Positions 7,692-10,869 of a stretch of DNA of 10,869 nucleotides are shown here, one piece after another (positions within the stretch are counted from its first letter, which is position 1; the number at the start of each line of letters is the position of its first letter). The DNA is from Elusimicrobiota bacterium. Its GTDB lineage: Bacteria > Elusimicrobiota > Elusimicrobia > UBA1565. The stretch spans positions 1 to 10,869 of the forward strand of contig JBDRPD010000071.1 of the NCBI GenBank assembly GCA_043827405.1, in the 5' to 3' direction. The notes below the pieces were generated by a model. The model searched no databases and was not told the origin of the DNA. It was given only the letters and a program-made list of their open reading frames with translations. Made by a program: the position numbers and the translations under genes.

Positions 7692-9077
7692 CTAAGCGTC
7701 ACGCGCCGCGGCCAGGGTCAGCGTAAAGCAGGTTCCCGCGCCTTCCTGGGACGCGACTTGGATCGTCCCGCCCATGGCCTCGACCGTCTCGCGGACGATA
7801 AAAAGACCAAGGCCGGTGCCTGAGACCTTCTTCGCGCGCTGATCTTCTACGTCCACCTGTTCGAAGCGCATGAAAAGCTTGGGCAGATCTTTCTCGGCGA
7901 TGCCTTTGCCGGTGTCCGAAACCATGACGGAGACAACATCCCCCGCCGTACGCGCGCCCACGGTGATCAGGCCGCCCGGCGGCGTGAACTTCAAGGCGTT
8001 GGAGACCAGATTGGCGAGGACCTGGTCGAAGCGTTCCGGATCGGCGAGAACCGCCGGGGTGCCTTCGGGAACGTCCACGGAAAACGTCAGGCCCCTGCTG
8101 GCCAGGACGCCGCCGTAAAGCTCGGAGAGATTGCGCGCGACATCCTCAATGCGGACCGGCCGCAGGTGATATTCCATATGACCGGCTTTCATTTTGGCGG
8201 CGTCGAGCATATTGGTCACAAAGACATTGAGCCGCATGGTGTTGAACAGGATCATGTTGAGGACCTTCTTTTGCTGCGGCTGCAGCTTGTCCCGGTCCTT
8301 ATCCATCTTCAGCAGGTAGTCCGCGCTGGCCCGGATCGCCGTCATCGGGCTGCGCAGATCGTGCGACACGTTGGCGATGAATTCATCTTTAAGCTCGTCG
8401 AGCTCCCGCAGCTTGTAGACCATCTGGTTGAAGTTCCGGGAGAGGTCGCCCAGCTCGCTGGAGGACGTGATCGGCAGTTCCACGGAAAGATCACCCTTGC
8501 CGACCCGGCGGGCGCCCTCCGACATGAAGCGGATCGGCCGCGCCAGCCAGAAGGCCAGTCCGATGCCCAAGCCCATACTAAGAACGAGGGCCATCGCCCC
8601 GTAGCGGATAAGCGGCGGCAAGAGCGATCGCCGCACGATCGGCGTGAGCTCGCCGGAAAAATCCGCGATGACGCCGAGGTGTGCGGTGCCCTTGACCTTG
8701 CCGCCGACTTCTACCCGGGCGGCATGCTCGAGCGCCTGCGCCGCGGCCGTCGAGGTTTTCCATTCCAGCGCCGGCTTGTTCACCAGGCGGCGGTCGGTAT
8801 GCGCCCAGATGTCCCCGTTGTCGCCTTCCAAATACGAGTAGCGCACCCCGGGGAACGAATCGAGAAGGCGCATGTAGCGCCACAGTACCGGCATCTCCCG
8901 ATGCCGCAGAGCGAGCTCGGATACTGTCCCGTACATCTGGACCTGTTTTTTGTGCTGGGAGGCCAGGACGGCGAGAAGTACGGCGCGGGAGGAAATTATC
9001 GTCACGAAACCCGCGACGAAAAAGCTGAAGATCGCCAGTCCTCCGAGCGCCACAACCAGCTGAGTTCGAATTTTCAT
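7692..9077 (-). CDS. Membrane-bound HAMP-domain sensor histidine kinase
   Basis: Two TM helices flank an extracytoplasmic domain. HAMP (LARPIRFMSEGARRVGKGDL...ELGDLSRNFNQM), H-box VSHDLRSPMTAI, N-box QVLANLVSNALKFT, G1 DTGKGI, F-box LFMRFEQ, G2 GTGLGL. No receiver domain. Confidence 0.95.
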   Translation of the reverse strand: MKIRTQLVVALGGLAIFSFFVAGFVTIISSRAVLLAVLASQHKKQVQMYGTVSELALRHREMPVLWRYMRLLDSFPGVRYSYLEGDNGDIWAHTDRRLVNKPALEWKTSTAAAQALEHAARVEVGGKVKGTAHLGVIADFSGELTPIVRRSLLPPLIRYGAMALVLSMGLGIGLAFWLARPIRFMSEGARRVGKGDLSVELPITSSSELGDLSRNFNQMVYKLRELDELKDEFIANVSHDLRSPMTAIRASADYLLKMDKDRDKLQPQQKKVLNMILFNTMRLNVFVTNMLDAAKMKAGHMEYHLRPVRIEDVARNLSELYGGVLASRGLTFSVDVPEGTPAVLADPERFDQVLANLVSNALKFTPPGGLITVGARTAGDVVSVMVSDTGKGIAEKDLPKLFMRFEQVDVEDQRAKKVSGTGLGLFIVRETVEAMGGTIQVASQEGAGTCFTLTLAAARDA

Positions 9078-9104
9078 AAGGCCGCAAAACGGCTTGCCGT
9101 GAGT

Positions 9105-9133
9105 ATGTTATCGTTTCGCTTATTCCTTCTCAA
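9105..9133 (-). promoter_or_regulatory. Putative sigma70 promoter for the kinase: TTGAGA-N17-TAACAT
   Basis: Minus-strand -35 TTGAGA (9133-9128, inside the 3' end of the Crp/Fnr gene), 17-nt spacer, -10 TAACAT (9110-9105). Confidence 0.55.
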
Positions 9134-9866
9134 CCATCTCTTCGAGCGCGGGGCGGTCCAGTATCTCGATCTGCTTGCCCGTAAACTTTATCCAGCCGCG
9201 CTTCTGAAAAGCGGCCAGGCTGCGGATGACGGTCTCGGATGCGACGCCGATGCATTCCGCGATGCTTTTGCGGGTATACGGGATTTTCATGTAGCGGCAG
9301 TCGGTTTCGGTTCCTCTCAGGGTGGGCCGATTGAGCGCAAGCAGAAACTCGGCGAGCCGCCCGGTCGCCGTTTTGACCGCCCAGCCGGTGGTGTGCTGGA
9401 TGGTCAGCGTCACGACTTCGCTGAGATGCAGCAGCAGGCGCTTGCCGAACTCGGGATAGGCGTCCAGCACTTCCCGGGAGAAGTCGCCGTTGATATAGCA
9501 GATCATTGATTCCTGCAGAGTGTCGGCGGAATGGCAGTGCGCCGCGCCGGAGATGAAGCTGGCTGCTCCGATCAGATCGCCGCAGCCCAAATAGCGCAGG
9601 GTCAGCGTCCGGCCCTTGCCGGCATCCTTCAGCGTGCGCACATGGCCTTTGCATACGATGAAGAGCCCGTCCGAGCGGTCCCCTTCGCGGAAAATGTGCT
9701 GGCGGCGCTTGTAGTGCCGGATCTGCCGTTCGCGCTTGAAGCGCTTCTTCCAGGCCGCATCCAAAAAATTCAGCACGCATTTGTCCCAGCAGTTGCATGA
9801 ATCGCATTTGCTTAGCGGATGCAGCGGGCAGGTGTGCTTGACGTGAAAAGTGGGGCGGGTCGTCAT
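9120..9866 (-). CDS. Crp/Fnr-family transcriptional regulator, FNR-type with putative [4Fe-4S] cysteines
   Basis: cNMP-binding-like beta-roll (IFREGD...LFIVCKGHV...GDLIG). C-terminal HTH TRKSIAECIGVASETVIRSL...GWI. Cys21-x2-Cys24-x5-Cys30 plus Cys123 in ESMICYI. Confidence 0.93.
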   Translation of the reverse strand: MTTRPTFHVKHTCPLHPLSKCDSCNCWDKCVLNFLDAAWKKRFKRERQIRHYKRRQHIFREGDRSDGLFIVCKGHVRTLKDAGKGRTLTLRYLGCGDLIGAASFISGAAHCHSADTLQESMICYINGDFSREVLDAYPEFGKRLLLHLSEVVTLTIQHTTGWAVKTATGRLAEFLLALNRPTLRGTETDCRYMKIPYTRKSIAECIGVASETVIRSLAAFQKRGWIKFTGKQIEILDRPALEEMVEKE

Positions 9867-9884
9867 GGCTTTTGTCCGGGAGTA

Positions 9885-9913
9885 AGTTTATGTTCGTTTC
9901 GCGGCGGAGTCAA
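9885..9913 (-). promoter_or_regulatory. Putative sigma70 promoter for the Crp/Fnr gene: TTGACT-N17-TAAACT
   Basis: Minus-strand -35 TTGACT (9913-9908), 17-nt spacer, -10 TAAACT (9890-9885). It ends 18 nt before the ATG at 9866, and the short leader has no SD. Confidence 0.7.
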
Positions 9914-9975
9914 TACGACGCTTCGCGGGCTTGGTTTAGCGGTGTATGGGGGGCTGCGGTCGGGCGGTCGTGGGC

Positions 9976-9997
9976 GGGTTCAGCCTGGGGTTCAGCC
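9976..9997 (+). repeat. 10-bp direct repeat GGGTTCAGCC x2 just upstream of the transposase
   Basis: Identical copies at 9976-9985 and 9988-9997, with a degenerate GGTTTAGC at 9933-9940. Confidence 0.5.
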
Positions 9998-10027
9998 GGC
10001 CAGGGCAAAGGGAACCAAACGGGGTGC

Positions 10028-10869
10028 GTGATCGTATACATTGACGTGCGGCGACTGCGCAAGACCTTGTGGCGGCGGGCGGGAAAGGCCCTTAAATCGC
10101 TCAAGGTCCTGCCGCCGGGTTTCCGCGTCCCCGGCCGCGAGCTGCAGGGGCGGGTCGCCGGGTATCGGCCGCGCGATCCGGACGGGTTACGGCTGCGCAA
10201 GCTCTTTCTGGAGGAGCTGAACGCGGTCGAGGCGGCCTGGCATCGCTTCGCCAAGAGCCTGGGGCCCTGGAAGGACCGCTTCCGCTGGGCGGCCGAGCGC
10301 TTCGTCGACTGCGGCGACAAGGAAAAAGGCCATGCGGTCTATCACTGCGGCGACTGCGACCATGACATAAGGGTTCCTTTTTCCTGTAAGTCACGGCTTT
10401 GCCCCTCCTGCGTGCGCAAGCGCATGACGCAGTGGAGCGAGTGGCTGGCGGGCGAGGTCCTTCTGGACGTCCCTCACCGCCATTGGGTGTTCACCCTGCC
10501 GACCGAGGTGCGGAGCCACTTCCTGCGCAAGCGCTGGCTCCTGAACATGCTGTCTTCGACCGCGGCGCGGCTGCTGATGAAGCAGCTGTCTTTGCGCTGT
10601 CCGGAGGCCGGCGCGATGCCGGGCGTGATCGCGGTGGTGCAGACGGCGGGCGACAAGCTGAACTTCAACCCGCACGTGCACATGATCGCTACGGATAGCT
10701 GTCTGGGGCCCTCGGGCCGCCTGCACAAGACGGGCTACATCCCTTACGTCAAGCTCTCCCGCATCTGGAAGACGGCGGTGCTCTACCTGCTGCGCAACAC
10801 GAAGTGCATCTCTTCGGAGGAGGCGGACGGTTTGTGGAAGCGGTACCCGAACGGCTTCAACCTCAACGG
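10028..10869 (+). CDS. IS91/ISCR-family rolling-circle (HUH) transposase, 3' end outside the window; start codon uncertain
   Basis: Manual translation from GTG 10028 gives ...GYRPRDPDGLRL...ERFVDCGDKEKGHAVYHCGDCDHDIRVPFSCKSRLCPSC...HRHWVFTLP...GVIAVVQTAGDKLNFNPHVHMIATD. This has the IS91 Zn-binding domain, the HxVFTLP motif and the HUH motif (HVH at 10673-10681). The frame is open to the window edge. Confidence 0.92.
   Translation, partial: MIVYIDVRRLRKTLWRRAGKALKSLKVLPPGFRVPGRELQGRVAGYRPRDPDGLRLRKLFLEELNAVEAAWHRFAKSLGPWKDRFRWAAERFVDCGDKEKGHAVYHCGDCDHDIRVPFSCKSRLCPSCVRKRMTQWSEWLAGEVLLDVPHRHWVFTLPTEVRSHFLRKRWLLNMLSSTAARLLMKQLSLRCPEAGAMPGVIAVVQTAGDKLNFNPHVHMIATDSCLGPSGRLHKTGYIPYVKLSRIWKTAVLYLLRNTKCISSEEADGLWKRYPNGFNLN

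Larger units (their letters stand above)
9914..10869 (+). mobile_element. IS91-family element (left boundary approximate, right part outside the window)
   Basis: Inferred from the transposase. IS91 elements lack terminal inverted repeats and target duplications. The left end is assumed to lie between the Fnr promoter (9913) and the transposase start. Confidence 0.55.

Noticed and set aside
9890..10027. In-frame ATG at 9890 with an upstream GGAG that would extend the transposase by 46 aa
   Set aside because: It overlaps the fnr promoter, lies only 23 bp from the divergent fnr start, and encodes low-complexity G/W/S/A sequence. Not excluded, but unlikely.
1..10869. CRISPR arrays, tRNA/rRNA, DGR template repeat or reverse transcriptase
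   Set aside because: No regularly spaced repeats, RNA-gene signatures, duplicated variable region or RT motifs were seen, and all intergenic gaps are short.

Overview
GC-rich bacterial chromosomal window with nine protein-coding genes. Left to right: a glgC (ADP-glucose pyrophosphorylase, minus strand, running off the left edge and missed by the ORF track). Divergent from it are five co-directional plus-strand genes: a secreted, Cys-rich SUMF1/FGE-sulfatase-domain protein, a PepTSo/PepT1-like POT peptide transporter, and a TolC / MacA-like / MacB-like tripartite exporter. Convergent on these is a minus-strand pair: an FNR-type Crp/Fnr regulator with the exact E. coli FNR Fe-S cysteine spacing, followed by a HAMP sensor histidine kinase with no response regulator in view. 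The window ends in the 5' part of an IS91/ISCR-family HUH rolling-circle transposase, also missed by the ORF track. The best lead is the FNR + orphan kinase module: each gene has a near-consensus sigma70 promoter, and the two promoters share an identical 9-mer. Several genes look leaderless or lack a Shine-Dalgarno. No RNA genes or CRISPR arrays were seen, and nothing here proves a wholly new system.
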